A DNA stretch of 64,000 nt. It comes from a virus (Duplodnaviria; Caudoviricetes). The stretch is taken from IMG/VR virus record IMGVR_UViG_3300044675_005052. One strand, given 5' to 3'. The notes below the pieces were generated by a model. That model was not told the origin of the DNA and searched no databases. It saw nothing but the letters and a program-made list of their open reading frames with translations. A program made the position numbers and the translations under genes. Each line of letters begins with the position of its first letter. Within the stretch, counting starts at the first letter, position 1. Shown here piece by piece: positions 27,739 through 36,580 of this stretch.

Positions 27739-28452
27739 ATGAAGAAGTTATTTTTAATAACAACTTTATTTGTGAGTTTATGTTCTTTTAGTCAGACAAT
27801 AGGAACAGTTAAAACTGAAGAATATAAAGCGGATTTTGAGAAAAAACAATCAATTGATGTTGTTGGAGATTATACCGGAGATATTGTATTACCAATTCAG
27901 GTTTTGAAGATTGGTATCAATGAGGAACTTTATGAGATGTATCCGGAGTTAAAAGACAAACGTGTTGGTCTTGGAGTTGCAAATATTGTTTTAGAATTTT
28001 TAGAATCAACAGATAGATTTATGTTTACTGAAGATAAATCAGAAATCAAAAACAAAATGATTGCTCAAGATAAAGCATCTGATAAAGGAATCTCAAGTAA
28101 TAAAATAGAAGTTAAGGGTAATGTCATTTTGGCAAAATACTTTGTTTACATTGAAGTATATGACTTCTCTGTATCAGAAGATGAACAAGTTAAAATGACC
28201 GATGGTTCTAAAACAACTCAAACTACTCGTTTAGGTTTACAAGTTAGATTTGTAGATGCGGAAACCGGGGAAATAATTACCGGTAGTGGTTTAGGTGAAG
28301 CGTCCACTGTTAAAACGGCCTCATTATTAGACGGTGTTGATGAAATAAAATTTAACCAATCAACAATTGGTATATCAACAAAAAAAGCTCTTGAAACCGG
28401 AGCGTCTAGAGTGGTTTCTAAAATGATTAAAAAAGGAATATTTAAAAGTTAA
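27739..28452 (+). CDS. CsgG/HfaB-family periplasmic or outer-membrane protein
   Basis: SP ending FSQ; LGLQVRFVDAETGEII motif. Confidence 0.75.
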   Translation: MKKLFLITTLFVSLCSFSQTIGTVKTEEYKADFEKKQSIDVVGDYTGDIVLPIQVLKIGINEELYEMYPELKDKRVGLGVANIVLEFLESTDRFMFTEDKSEIKNKMIAQDKASDKGISSNKIEVKGNVILAKYFVYIEVYDFSVSEDEQVKMTDGSKTTQTTRLGLQVRFVDAETGEIITGSGLGEASTVKTASLLDGVDEIKFNQSTIGISTKKALETGASRVVSKMIKKGIFKS

Positions 28453-28457
28453 AAATT

Positions 28458-28805
28458 ATGAGTAAATTAAAAGATTTTTTCGGAGGTAAATCCGAATATG
28501 TTAAAGTAGATGATAAAAACAGATTCTATTTTATGTTGCAACAAATGCAAAATAATCGTTGGAAAATTACAGGAATAGTATTATTCTTATTCTTTTTCAT
28601 CATTTTTGGTATTAATTTAGGTATTTTTTTAGGATTCACTATTGGTGAGGATTGGAAAGAAATGTTATTAATTTTATTAGGAGCCTTTGTTGGTAACTTA
28701 AATAAAGTTGTTGATTATTGGTTTAACTCTGAAGATAGAGATAAAATGTTAATTCAAAAAGTGGACGAAGAAGATGGTAATTCTATCTCAAGCACATTAA
28801 ATTAA
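28458..28805 (+). CDS. Two-TM membrane protein, holin-like
   Basis: LLGAFVGNLNKVVDYWF motif. Confidence 0.6.
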   Translation: MSKLKDFFGGKSEYVKVDDKNRFYFMLQQMQNNRWKITGIVLFLFFFIIFGINLGIFLGFTIGEDWKEMLLILLGAFVGNLNKVVDYWFNSEDRDKMLIQKVDEEDGNSISSTLN

Positions 28806-28808
28806 AAA

Positions 28809-30293
28809 ATGAAAATGAAAAAAGCAATTATAATATTACTTTTTTTATTGTCATCAGTGTATTCATTGGGACAAGGGTTTACATATTCGTATGAAGACCC
28901 TTGTACTTTGAAAACCAAAGAAATATACATCCCAAATCCAAATGGGAGTGTTGCCTTAAGCTATAATGGACAAACCCAAAGTTTTACACCTTCTCAATTA
29001 CAATCGGGGGCTTTAGAGAATTGGATTAATCAAGTTAATTCTCAAAATCCCGCAGGTCCTTGTAGTGGTATTGGTTTATCTCAAAATACCACAGTAAATG
29101 CCATTGTAGCACAAAACAATATCGCTGTTATTACGACTGTCTTATCCGCTTTAGGAGATATTTCATCAGTGTCTTCCATTGGTGGTGCGTCTATTGAAGG
29201 TGTTATTCAGGCGGATGAAAAAGTATCATCAAATAATGACGAAAATGGGGATAATCCTAAAACAAAAAATAATGGAACAACTAATAATAACGGAGGAAAT
29301 TCAACAACTACTAACGGAAATACAGGAACTTCGCAAAGCGGGGGAAATCAAAACAATGGTTCAGGAGTTGGAAATGGAACTAATCCGCAAGGAGGAACGA
29401 CTTCAAGTCCAACTGTCCCATCTACAACAGGAGGTCAACCGTCTCAGTCGCCTGTAACACCAAATACTAATAACCCCACAACACCAAATACTAATAATCC
29501 AACAGGAAGTAATCAAAATTCAGGGGGTTTTAGTAATATAACTGGTGGTGTTAATTCGGTAAGAGCTGACGCTGTTGAGAAAAAAGATAAAGAAGAATCC
29601 AAAGTTGATGATGCAACAAGTAGTTCAACACAAAGTTCAAGTTCAACTAAAAGTAAAGTTGCGGCAGTTAAAAAAGGTAGTTTAATGATGACCGGAGATA
29701 TTGTTACAATATCAAGTGCAACAGGTTCTGACCCAGCACAGCTTAGAGTTAATATGAGTATTATTAGTTCAAACACTAAAAATACATTTGCAAAAGGGGC
29801 TTTATTAAACTTTACAACCTCAATTAACAATTCAAACTTAACACTATTTGTTTCTTATCGTCATAAAAAATCAACAACAATATTGGCAAACTCCTCAATG
29901 ATTAATTTTGATAAAGATTTTTTTAATACTGTTTCAGTTATGGAATCTTATCAATTTGGTAAAATAACAGGGACTGTTGGTGTTAATTTAACAATGGGTA
30001 ATATTGGAGAATCTAAATTCCAAAGTTTATCAACATTAGCAGGGGTTTTAGGTGGATTTAAACTAAATAAGAAAATGAATATGACAACTATGTTTGTTAT
30101 GGTGTATTCACCTTATGTGTATTATTATGAAGGTCTGTGGCATAAATCAGGGTTTTTAGCCGTACCATTTGTTGCTGCCGATTATAAAATAACTAAAAAA
30201 TTTAAACTTAATTTAAGTTTTAGTGGTATAAACCAAATAAACGACCAAACATTAAACTATCAAGTCCTAATAGGGGCTAAAGCACTTTTATGA
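28809..30293 (+). CDS. Secreted protein with disordered linker and C-terminal outer-membrane beta-barrel
   Basis: SP ending LGQ; N/G/T/S linker; alternating amphipathic strands. Confidence 0.65.
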   Translation: MKMKKAIIILLFLLSSVYSLGQGFTYSYEDPCTLKTKEIYIPNPNGSVALSYNGQTQSFTPSQLQSGALENWINQVNSQNPAGPCSGIGLSQNTTVNAIVAQNNIAVITTVLSALGDISSVSSIGGASIEGVIQADEKVSSNNDENGDNPKTKNNGTTNNNGGNSTTTNGNTGTSQSGGNQNNGSGVGNGTNPQGGTTSSPTVPSTTGGQPSQSPVTPNTNNPTTPNTNNPTGSNQNSGGFSNITGGVNSVRADAVEKKDKEESKVDDATSSSTQSSSSTKSKVAAVKKGSLMMTGDIVTISSATGSDPAQLRVNMSIISSNTKNTFAKGALLNFTTSINNSNLTLFVSYRHKKSTTILANSSMINFDKDFFNTVSVMESYQFGKITGTVGVNLTMGNIGESKFQSLSTLAGVLGGFKLNKKMNMTTMFVMVYSPYVYYYEGLWHKSGFLAVPFVAADYKITKKFKLNLSFSGINQINDQTLNYQVLIGAKALL

Positions 30294-31084
30294 GAAAAAT
30301 ATTATTAATACTGATACCTTTACTAATTTGGGGTAATCTATTTGGACAAACAACTCCACCACCTCCTCCCTCTAGTTCATCACCTAGCTCTAATCAACTA
30401 TTTGGAAATTCCCAAAATAATATAATTGGAGCTCAATCCAAATCATTTGGTGGTGGTTCTATAATTAAACCTAACCCTATGTTAACATCCGCAGATTTTG
30501 CATTAATTCAAAATCCTACATATGAAGATGGATGGAGATATGGTACAAGTTTGGGATGGAGTAAAATAAATGATGGTAAAGGATTTGGGGTTAATGCGGT
30601 TTTAACATTTGATTTAACACAACAATCCTATTCTTCTTACTATAAAAATAAAAACTTGTATTATCATTTTAATTTTGGTAAGATGGGTACTACGATTAAT
30701 TTAGGGGGTAGTGTTACTAAAATGTTTTTAACTGATAAAATAAATTTTGGAGTTCAAATTGGTTCATCAGTGCTTGAAGACCATAAATACGTTTATTTTA
30801 TATTAGTTCCTTATACTGTATTAATGGCTAATAAAGAAATTAAATTATCCAACAATATTAAATGGACTCCTGAAACATTTATAACAATATGTTCACCATA
30901 TTACGATTTAGGTTTGGGAACATTAGGAACTTCAACAACATTCAATTCAGTGGTTGGAAATTCTTTATCGGTAAACGTATCAAAATGGTTTAAGATGAAT
31001 ATTAATTGGAGAATGAACATAAACACAACACCTAAATTTGGGATTATGAATAATGTCTTAATAGGTGGAAATTTAGATTTTTAA
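30290..31084 (+). CDS. Outer-membrane beta-barrel protein, paralog of the 28809 C-terminus
   Basis: SP ending FGQ; C-terminal Phe; aligned SPY and KFK.N motifs. Confidence 0.65.
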   Translation: MRKILLILIPLLIWGNLFGQTTPPPPPSSSSPSSNQLFGNSQNNIIGAQSKSFGGGSIIKPNPMLTSADFALIQNPTYEDGWRYGTSLGWSKINDGKGFGVNAVLTFDLTQQSYSSYYKNKNLYYHFNFGKMGTTINLGGSVTKMFLTDKINFGVQIGSSVLEDHKYVYFILVPYTVLMANKEIKLSNNIKWTPETFITICSPYYDLGLGTLGTSTTFNSVVGNSLSVNVSKWFKMNINWRMNINTTPKFGIMNNVLIGGNLDF

Positions 31085-31086
31085 AT

Positions 31087-31533
31087 ATGAAAAAATTATT
31101 ATTACTTATCGGATTGTTATTCGTAACATCAGTTTACTCACAGGATTGTTATTCAGTGAAAGACGTTAAAAATAACGGAGAAATTGAGGGGATTAACCCA
31201 AAAAGATTTACGTTGGGGGTTAAACAAATAACTGAAGAAATATTGTCAGTTAATAAAACTATTTGTGAAGATGGTAAACCTGTTTCAGTGTTAATTGAAA
31301 GTATTGAAGCTCCTTCAACAGGAATATCACTAGGCCCATTTGAAAGAAAAAGAAAAAAGACAGTGGTTACATTAGTTATTACTATGGATGGTAAAGAATA
31401 CAAAGGTGTTGGCGACGCTAATACTGATGTTAAATCAACATTCATCGAATTACAAGATGAAAACTTACCATTTGAAAAATCTGCCTTTTCATCGGCATTA
31501 AAAAAAGCTATACAAAACGCGTTAGACATATAA
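31087..31533 (+). CDS. Secreted minimal CsgG-like protein
   Basis: SP ending YSQ; LGVKQI.EEIL, G.G.A, S.ALKKA match the 27739 product. Confidence 0.55.
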   Translation: MKKLLLLIGLLFVTSVYSQDCYSVKDVKNNGEIEGINPKRFTLGVKQITEEILSVNKTICEDGKPVSVLIESIEAPSTGISLGPFERKRKKTVVTLVITMDGKEYKGVGDANTDVKSTFIELQDENLPFEKSAFSSALKKAIQNALDI

Positions 31534-32526
31534 ATGAATAAATTATTTTTTATATTATTTTTTATCACATCAATATCTTTTGGTCAGAATTTTACATATT
31601 CAGGTTATATCTATAACGCTGGAGGTGGTGGGGCTCAAAATGTTGGTGTAAAATTATATAAAAGAACAACACCAACGTTAAACGGATTTACATCTCAAAA
31701 CAATTATAACGGACATTCATACTATAGGTCTACGGGTTCTATGACTTGGACCGATGCGAGACAGGCTTGTTTAAATATGGGTGGTCATTTAGTTACATCA
31801 ACTTCACTAGCCGAAAACAACTTTTTATTTAATTTATGGCCTAATGGTTGGATTGGATTGACTGATGAAGTTGTAGAAGGTCAATGGAGATGGGTAACGG
31901 GTGAACCGTTTAGTTGGTCTAACTGGAATGGTGGTGAACCAAATAACTCAAATAATGAAGATTACATTCAGTTTGTTGGGGGTGGTAAATGGAATGATTT
32001 GCCTAATGTATCATTACCTTATGTGTTAGAATTTGAATATATTGTAACATTTACAAATTGGGAGTATGTTAAAACCGTATATACAGATGCTAATGGTAGA
32101 TATGTGATTAATGAAGTATCTAATCCTTCGATTGAATGGTATCTTCAAATTGACGTACCAACTCCGGTAACAACATTACAAAATAGTGACGCTTATGGCG
32201 CAAACACCAAAGCAATCTCAAGAACATTCACATCATTGGATTATTATCGTTATGATGTAAATAATGATGGTAGAATTAACATATCTGACGCATATCACAT
32301 TTTTATGAAAAGGATAGGTAGATTACCCACTTGGAATGATTTGTTACCTAATACACGACTTTTCACTGCGGCTCAATACAATATAATAAACACATCAACA
32401 ACGGATTTACGAATAACATATCCGGGTGTTCAAAGTATAACAATCAACTCTCCGGTAAATGGAGGGTCATCAAATTATTATTTAATTAATACCGGTTATT
32501 CAAATTCAACTTCAATCGGTTATTAA
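31534..32526 (+). CDS. Secreted C-type lectin plus dockerin protein
   Basis: SP ending FGQ; WTDARQAC, WIGL, EPN, WND motifs; DVNNDGRINISD. Confidence 0.85.
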   Translation: MNKLFFILFFITSISFGQNFTYSGYIYNAGGGGAQNVGVKLYKRTTPTLNGFTSQNNYNGHSYYRSTGSMTWTDARQACLNMGGHLVTSTSLAENNFLFNLWPNGWIGLTDEVVEGQWRWVTGEPFSWSNWNGGEPNNSNNEDYIQFVGGGKWNDLPNVSLPYVLEFEYIVTFTNWEYVKTVYTDANGRYVINEVSNPSIEWYLQIDVPTPVTTLQNSDAYGANTKAISRTFTSLDYYRYDVNNDGRINISDAYHIFMKRIGRLPTWNDLLPNTRLFTAAQYNIINTSTTDLRITYPGVQSITINSPVNGGSSNYYLINTGYSNSTSIGY

Positions 32527-32569
32527 GATATTTATAAATAAAAATAAACTAGAGTAAAAATTAAAAATT

Positions 32570-33391
32570 ATGTTATTAAAAGTAGGGTCTAAAGGAGACG
32601 ACGTAAAAAAATTACAAACAAAATTAGGTACGGCCGCTGATGGTGTGTTCGGACCTGGTACTGAAAAGTTAGTTAAAGACTGGCAAACTAAAAATGGATT
32701 AACTGCTGATGGAATCGTTGGTGAAGGAACTTGGAAAAAAATGTTTCCGGGTGAAATAATCAAAGAAGATGTAGTTATCCCAACAGGTGGACCATTCAAA
32801 TTAGAAAAATTAAAAGGACATATCCCTGAGGCAGTAATTGCTCAGATTCCTGACACTGCAAAAAAATTCAATATTACAAACGCATTAAGATTAGCTCACT
32901 TCTTGGCTCAATGTGGTCACGAATCAGGTGGGTTCAAAGCGGTATCAGAAAATGTTAACTATTCTGCGGATGGTCTTAAAAAGATATTCCCAAAATATTT
33001 CCCGGGTAACTTAGCGGAATCTTACGCAAGAAACCCTGAAAAAATTGCATCAAAAGTGTATGGTGGAAGAATGGGTAATGGTGATGAATCAACAAAAGAC
33101 GGTTTCAAATTCAGAGGTCGTGGTTATATCCAATTAACAGGGAAATCAAACTACACAAACTTTGCTAAATTTATTGGTGAAGATACTGTATCTAATCCTG
33201 ATTTAGTTGCAACAAAATACCCATTAGCTTCTGCGGCATTCTTCTTTGACTCAAATAAACTTTGGTCTATTTGTGATAAAGGTGCTGACGACGCTACTGT
33301 AACTGCAGTAACTAAAAGAGTAAATGGTGGAACTATTGGATTACCTGATAGAATCAAACACTTTAAAGAATACTATAACTTATTGAAGTAA
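32570..33391 (+). CDS. Endolysin: peptidoglycan-binding domain plus GH19 chitinase-like domain
   Basis: VKKLQ...DGVFG..T PGBD; HFLAQCGHESGGF, RGRGYIQLTG, VNGG; ATATTTAT 32528-32535. Confidence 0.92.
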   Translation: MLLKVGSKGDDVKKLQTKLGTAADGVFGPGTEKLVKDWQTKNGLTADGIVGEGTWKKMFPGEIIKEDVVIPTGGPFKLEKLKGHIPEAVIAQIPDTAKKFNITNALRLAHFLAQCGHESGGFKAVSENVNYSADGLKKIFPKYFPGNLAESYARNPEKIASKVYGGRMGNGDESTKDGFKFRGRGYIQLTGKSNYTNFAKFIGEDTVSNPDLVATKYPLASAAFFFDSNKLWSICDKGADDATVTAVTKRVNGGTIGLPDRIKHFKEYYNLLK

Positions 33392-33406
33392 TAAAAAACA
33401 ATTTAA

Positions 33407-33679
33407 ATGGTTGAGAAAATATTAGAAGAAAAACAAATCAATATGGACTTTCTTAAGGAGTATAATCGTGCTGTTGTTATACCTGAAAAGGGGGGTAAAA
33501 AAGAAGAAGGGGAACCAATTAAAATACCCGAGTATGTTAAAAAATTCAAAGAAGAATATAACATTATTAAAATTAAAAGTGAAAGACCTCCTAAAAAAGA
33601 AGAAAAAGAACCAATTAAATTACCTGATTATATTAAACGATTCAAAGAAGAATATAGATTTATAAGAAGAAGAAGATAA
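33407..33679 (+). CDS. Charged protein with a duplicated ~29-aa repeat
   Basis: KKEE.EPIK.P.Y.K.FKEEY twice. Confidence 0.65.
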   Translation: MVEKILEEKQINMDFLKEYNRAVVIPEKGGKKEEGEPIKIPEYVKKFKEEYNIIKIKSERPPKKEEKEPIKLPDYIKRFKEEYRFIRRRR

Positions 33680-33709
33680 ACAAACCCCCCAATTAAGGGG
33701 GTTCTTTTT

Positions 33710-34390
33710 TTATGATAGGTCTTTAGACATATTAATTGCCGCTTGAAGACATTCTTCAAAATTATCAATAACTTTACTACCTCGTTTGTTAAATGGTATG
33801 ACATAACCAATTCCTTCTTTGTCCATCCATTTTTTATCTAAATCATCACCTTTGGAATGCGATTCTTCAAATTTTAATTGCCATCCGGCCCATTCCCACT
33901 CTTCATAATCTTCTTCTTTTGGTTTATAAGACGCGTCAAATAATCTATCACCAATTTTGAATGTTTGACCACCTCTATGAGAATATCCGTGATAACCAAT
34001 TAGGTTATCTTCATCATCATAACGTTCGGCAACTCCGTGTGGGTATTGGTCACAAACTTTCATATTGTTTTTATAATACCACCAACCTCTATCAACATCA
34101 CCGATGTAAGTTCCATCTTTAGATAAGAATGAATTTGGTAATGAGTGTTCATTGTTATCACCAAATGTATGGTCTTTAATTATTCCTCCGGTATATTTGT
34201 TTATTAAATAAATTGATTCAGGGTTAATCAACCACCCTTCTAAATTCTGTAGAGGTGTGATTCTTGATACCAATTTGGTGAAACCTAAATCTAAATGAAT
34301 TTTATTTAATTTTGATTTCCCGGTGTATTCAGGGTATTTTTCAAATTTTAATCTGATTTTACCGATGTAAGGTGTTGTATTTTTTATCAT
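33710..34390 (-). CDS. Hypothetical protein
   Basis: Start reassigned to ATG 34390; aromatic-rich. Confidence 0.7.
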   Translation of the reverse strand: MIKNTTPYIGKIRLKFEKYPEYTGKSKLNKIHLDLGFTKLVSRITPLQNLEGWLINPESIYLINKYTGGIIKDHTFGDNNEHSLPNSFLSKDGTYIGDVDRGWWYYKNNMKVCDQYPHGVAERYDDEDNLIGYHGYSHRGGQTFKIGDRLFDASYKPKEEDYEEWEWAGWQLKFEESHSKGDDLDKKWMDKEGIGYVIPFNKRGSKVIDNFEECLQAAINMSKDLS

Positions 34391-34439
34391 AATTTTATGT
34401 ATTTCATTAATGATATGAAATATCAAAGTATTTATCAAT

Positions 34440-35474
34440 ATGAAAATAGTAATAACTGAATCTCAATATAAAAAATTACTTAAGGAGGACTTGGGGGTAT
34501 CTCGAGCGTCAATCCCATTTACAAACTTAATTTATGATTTTGTTAGTGGAAAAGTTAAGAGTTTGTTAGATTCAAATAAAAAAATAGACGAGACACTTAA
34601 ACTATCTCTGAAGGATATTTTTCCAATTTATAAATCCAACTTGGAGGATTTTATTGAACTTCCGATTGAAGAGATTATTATTAAATTCTCTTTTGAGAGA
34701 TTGGATGAAAATCCAATACCTGAAGGATTCCAAGTTTTAGCTTACGCCGATATGATTGATAATGGTTCTTACATAAAAGAACCAAGTAAATACCTACCTA
34801 AAAACTTTTCCGATGAAATTCACATGTCATTAGTTGCAAGTTTTGAATTCCAATTTATTTTAAACAAAGATTTTGACGATATCAATGAGATGTTGTATGA
34901 TTTTAGGGATGCGGTATTACATGAGTTTAATCACATGTATGAGTATTACAACAGAGCGTTAAAAGGTGAAAAAGGTTTGGATACCACATTATCATTTATG
35001 AAAAAACCTTTTGAGATGTTTGACACCGGATTAAATGAAGAAGTCCTTTCTGTGTGGAAACAATTTTTATCTTTATTGTATATGTCTGAACCTTATGAAG
35101 TAAGAGCGATGTCTCAAGAAGCGTATAGTAAAAGATTAAGAATGCCGTTTGAACAATTTAAAACTACCAAATATTGGCAATATTGCCAAGGTATGATTAA
35201 CTTTGATGCTAACAATTATTATGAATACATCTTGGAACTTATTGAGGATTTACCTCAAGAAGAGCAAAACACCCTTTTAGAAACTCTTCACACGTATTTT
35301 ATTGCTTACTATGAATTTAGTAAAAAGACGGGTTACAACAATCCTTTGAATAAAAAAATAATGAACACCAAAAATATCTTGGATTTAATGAAATATTTCC
35401 AACCGACAATAAATAAGATGGGTGAAAAGTTAAGAAGAAATTTCATTAGATTATATTCGTTAAATCCTGAATAA
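34440..35474 (+). CDS. Leader-bearing HExxH protein
   Basis: MKIVITESQY leader; VLHEFNH...YEVRA. Confidence 0.75.
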   Translation: MKIVITESQYKKLLKEDLGVSRASIPFTNLIYDFVSGKVKSLLDSNKKIDETLKLSLKDIFPIYKSNLEDFIELPIEEIIIKFSFERLDENPIPEGFQVLAYADMIDNGSYIKEPSKYLPKNFSDEIHMSLVASFEFQFILNKDFDDINEMLYDFRDAVLHEFNHMYEYYNRALKGEKGLDTTLSFMKKPFEMFDTGLNEEVLSVWKQFLSLLYMSEPYEVRAMSQEAYSKRLRMPFEQFKTTKYWQYCQGMINFDANNYYEYILELIEDLPQEEQNTLLETLHTYFIAYYEFSKKTGYNNPLNKKIMNTKNILDLMKYFQPTINKMGEKLRRNFIRLYSLNPE

Positions 35475-35475
35475 T

Positions 35476-36057
35476 ATGAGAATTATAATAACAGAAAGAC
35501 AATATAAATTATTGGAGGATATCCAATCAATTCCGTTATTCAAACCAACGTCTTCGGTGTGTAAATCATTTTATAATCGACTTAAGAAAGAATTTCCAAA
35601 CGCACCTGAATATATTTTAAAAGAATTCACAACTAATGTTTTATGTGGTGACGATGAAAGTTTTAAAACAATTATGTCACAATATCACGGAGACCCAATT
35701 CCTTTTTTGGGTAAGATGATTTATGATTATTTAAATGGTGATTGGAAATTAAGAATTATTGAGGTTAATCCTGAAGATTTTACTGAAAATACCATAAACG
35801 CATTTATTGAAAGAAATTTTGGTGATATCGACGCTTATATGGTGAAAAATGATAAAGAGAGAATGGATGTTCAAAGAAAACTAGCCACCCCAACGGGTAA
35901 GAACGAACCAATAATCGTAATCAAACATAAAGATGGTAAATACGAAATGGTTGAGGGATGGCATAGAGTAATGTCCACATTGAAACTTGGTGATAATGGT
36001 GAGGACCTTAAAAATTGGGATAAGGTTAAATTACGAGCTTTCGTTAGTGAGATGTAA
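35476..36057 (+). CDS. Leader-bearing ParB/Srx-like domain protein
   Basis: MRIIITE leader; EPIIV...YEMVEGWHR motif. Confidence 0.7.
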   Translation: MRIIITERQYKLLEDIQSIPLFKPTSSVCKSFYNRLKKEFPNAPEYILKEFTTNVLCGDDESFKTIMSQYHGDPIPFLGKMIYDYLNGDWKLRIIEVNPEDFTENTINAFIERNFGDIDAYMVKNDKERMDVQRKLATPTGKNEPIIVIKHKDGKYEMVEGWHRVMSTLKLGDNGEDLKNWDKVKLRAFVSEM

Positions 36058-36408
36058 CACTCTTTCAATATTCTTCTTACCTTCAGGATTAGCCGAGTGA
36101 ACCTTAATCGTAGGTAATTCAACATTATTCATTCTACAATACCCAACCAACCATAACGCCGCATCATAACCGGTTTTATCTTTTATGGTATTATAATCGA
36201 TATTAGATTGATTTTCCGGTAAATAATGGTTTTGAGATAAATCGTGGTCAAATGAGATTACTTCGGGTAATCCTGACTCTAATATGATGTTCACAAATTC
36301 TTCATAGTTTTTTACTATTGACCATTCATTATTATTTTCATAAATTGGGTCAATAGTGTTCTTAAATACATCGTAAGGTTGTCTGTTATCGTCTAAAAAT
36401 AATTTCAT
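36031..36408 (-). CDS. Cyclic-phosphate-processing receiver (cREC) domain protein
   Basis: LFLDD, ISFDHDL, TGYD, VHSANP motifs; TATCTTTG on minus strand at 36413-36420. Confidence 0.8.
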   Translation of the reverse strand: MKLFLDDNRQPYDVFKNTIDPIYENNNEWSIVKNYEEFVNIILESGLPEVISFDHDLSQNHYLPENQSNIDYNTIKDKTGYDAALWLVGYCRMNNVELPTIKVHSANPEGKKNIERVLHLTNESS

Positions 36409-36452
36409 ACGGCAAAGATAACACTTTATTTGACTACCACAACTTTATTTAC

Positions 36453-36488
36453 CTGACAATTTGTCAGTTTATCGTGTAATTATGTCAG
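36453..36488. promoter_or_regulatory. Inverted repeat CTGACA-N3-TGTCAG plus an extra half-site upstream of dnaK
   Basis: Perfect 6-bp inverted repeat at 36453-36467; TGTCAG at 36483-36488. Confidence 0.4.
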
Positions 36489-36580
36489 GTTTTTTATTTT
36501 GGCATAATTTTGATAATATTTGGGTTGTGCTTGACACATTGAAAATAAAATTATATACTTAAACAAAACTTATTAAAACT

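Noticed and set aside
36499-36515. Sigma-54 promoter or CIRCE upstream of dnaK
   Set aside because: GG-to-GC spacing is one base short and lacks GC; no TTAGCACTC-N9-GAGTGCTAA
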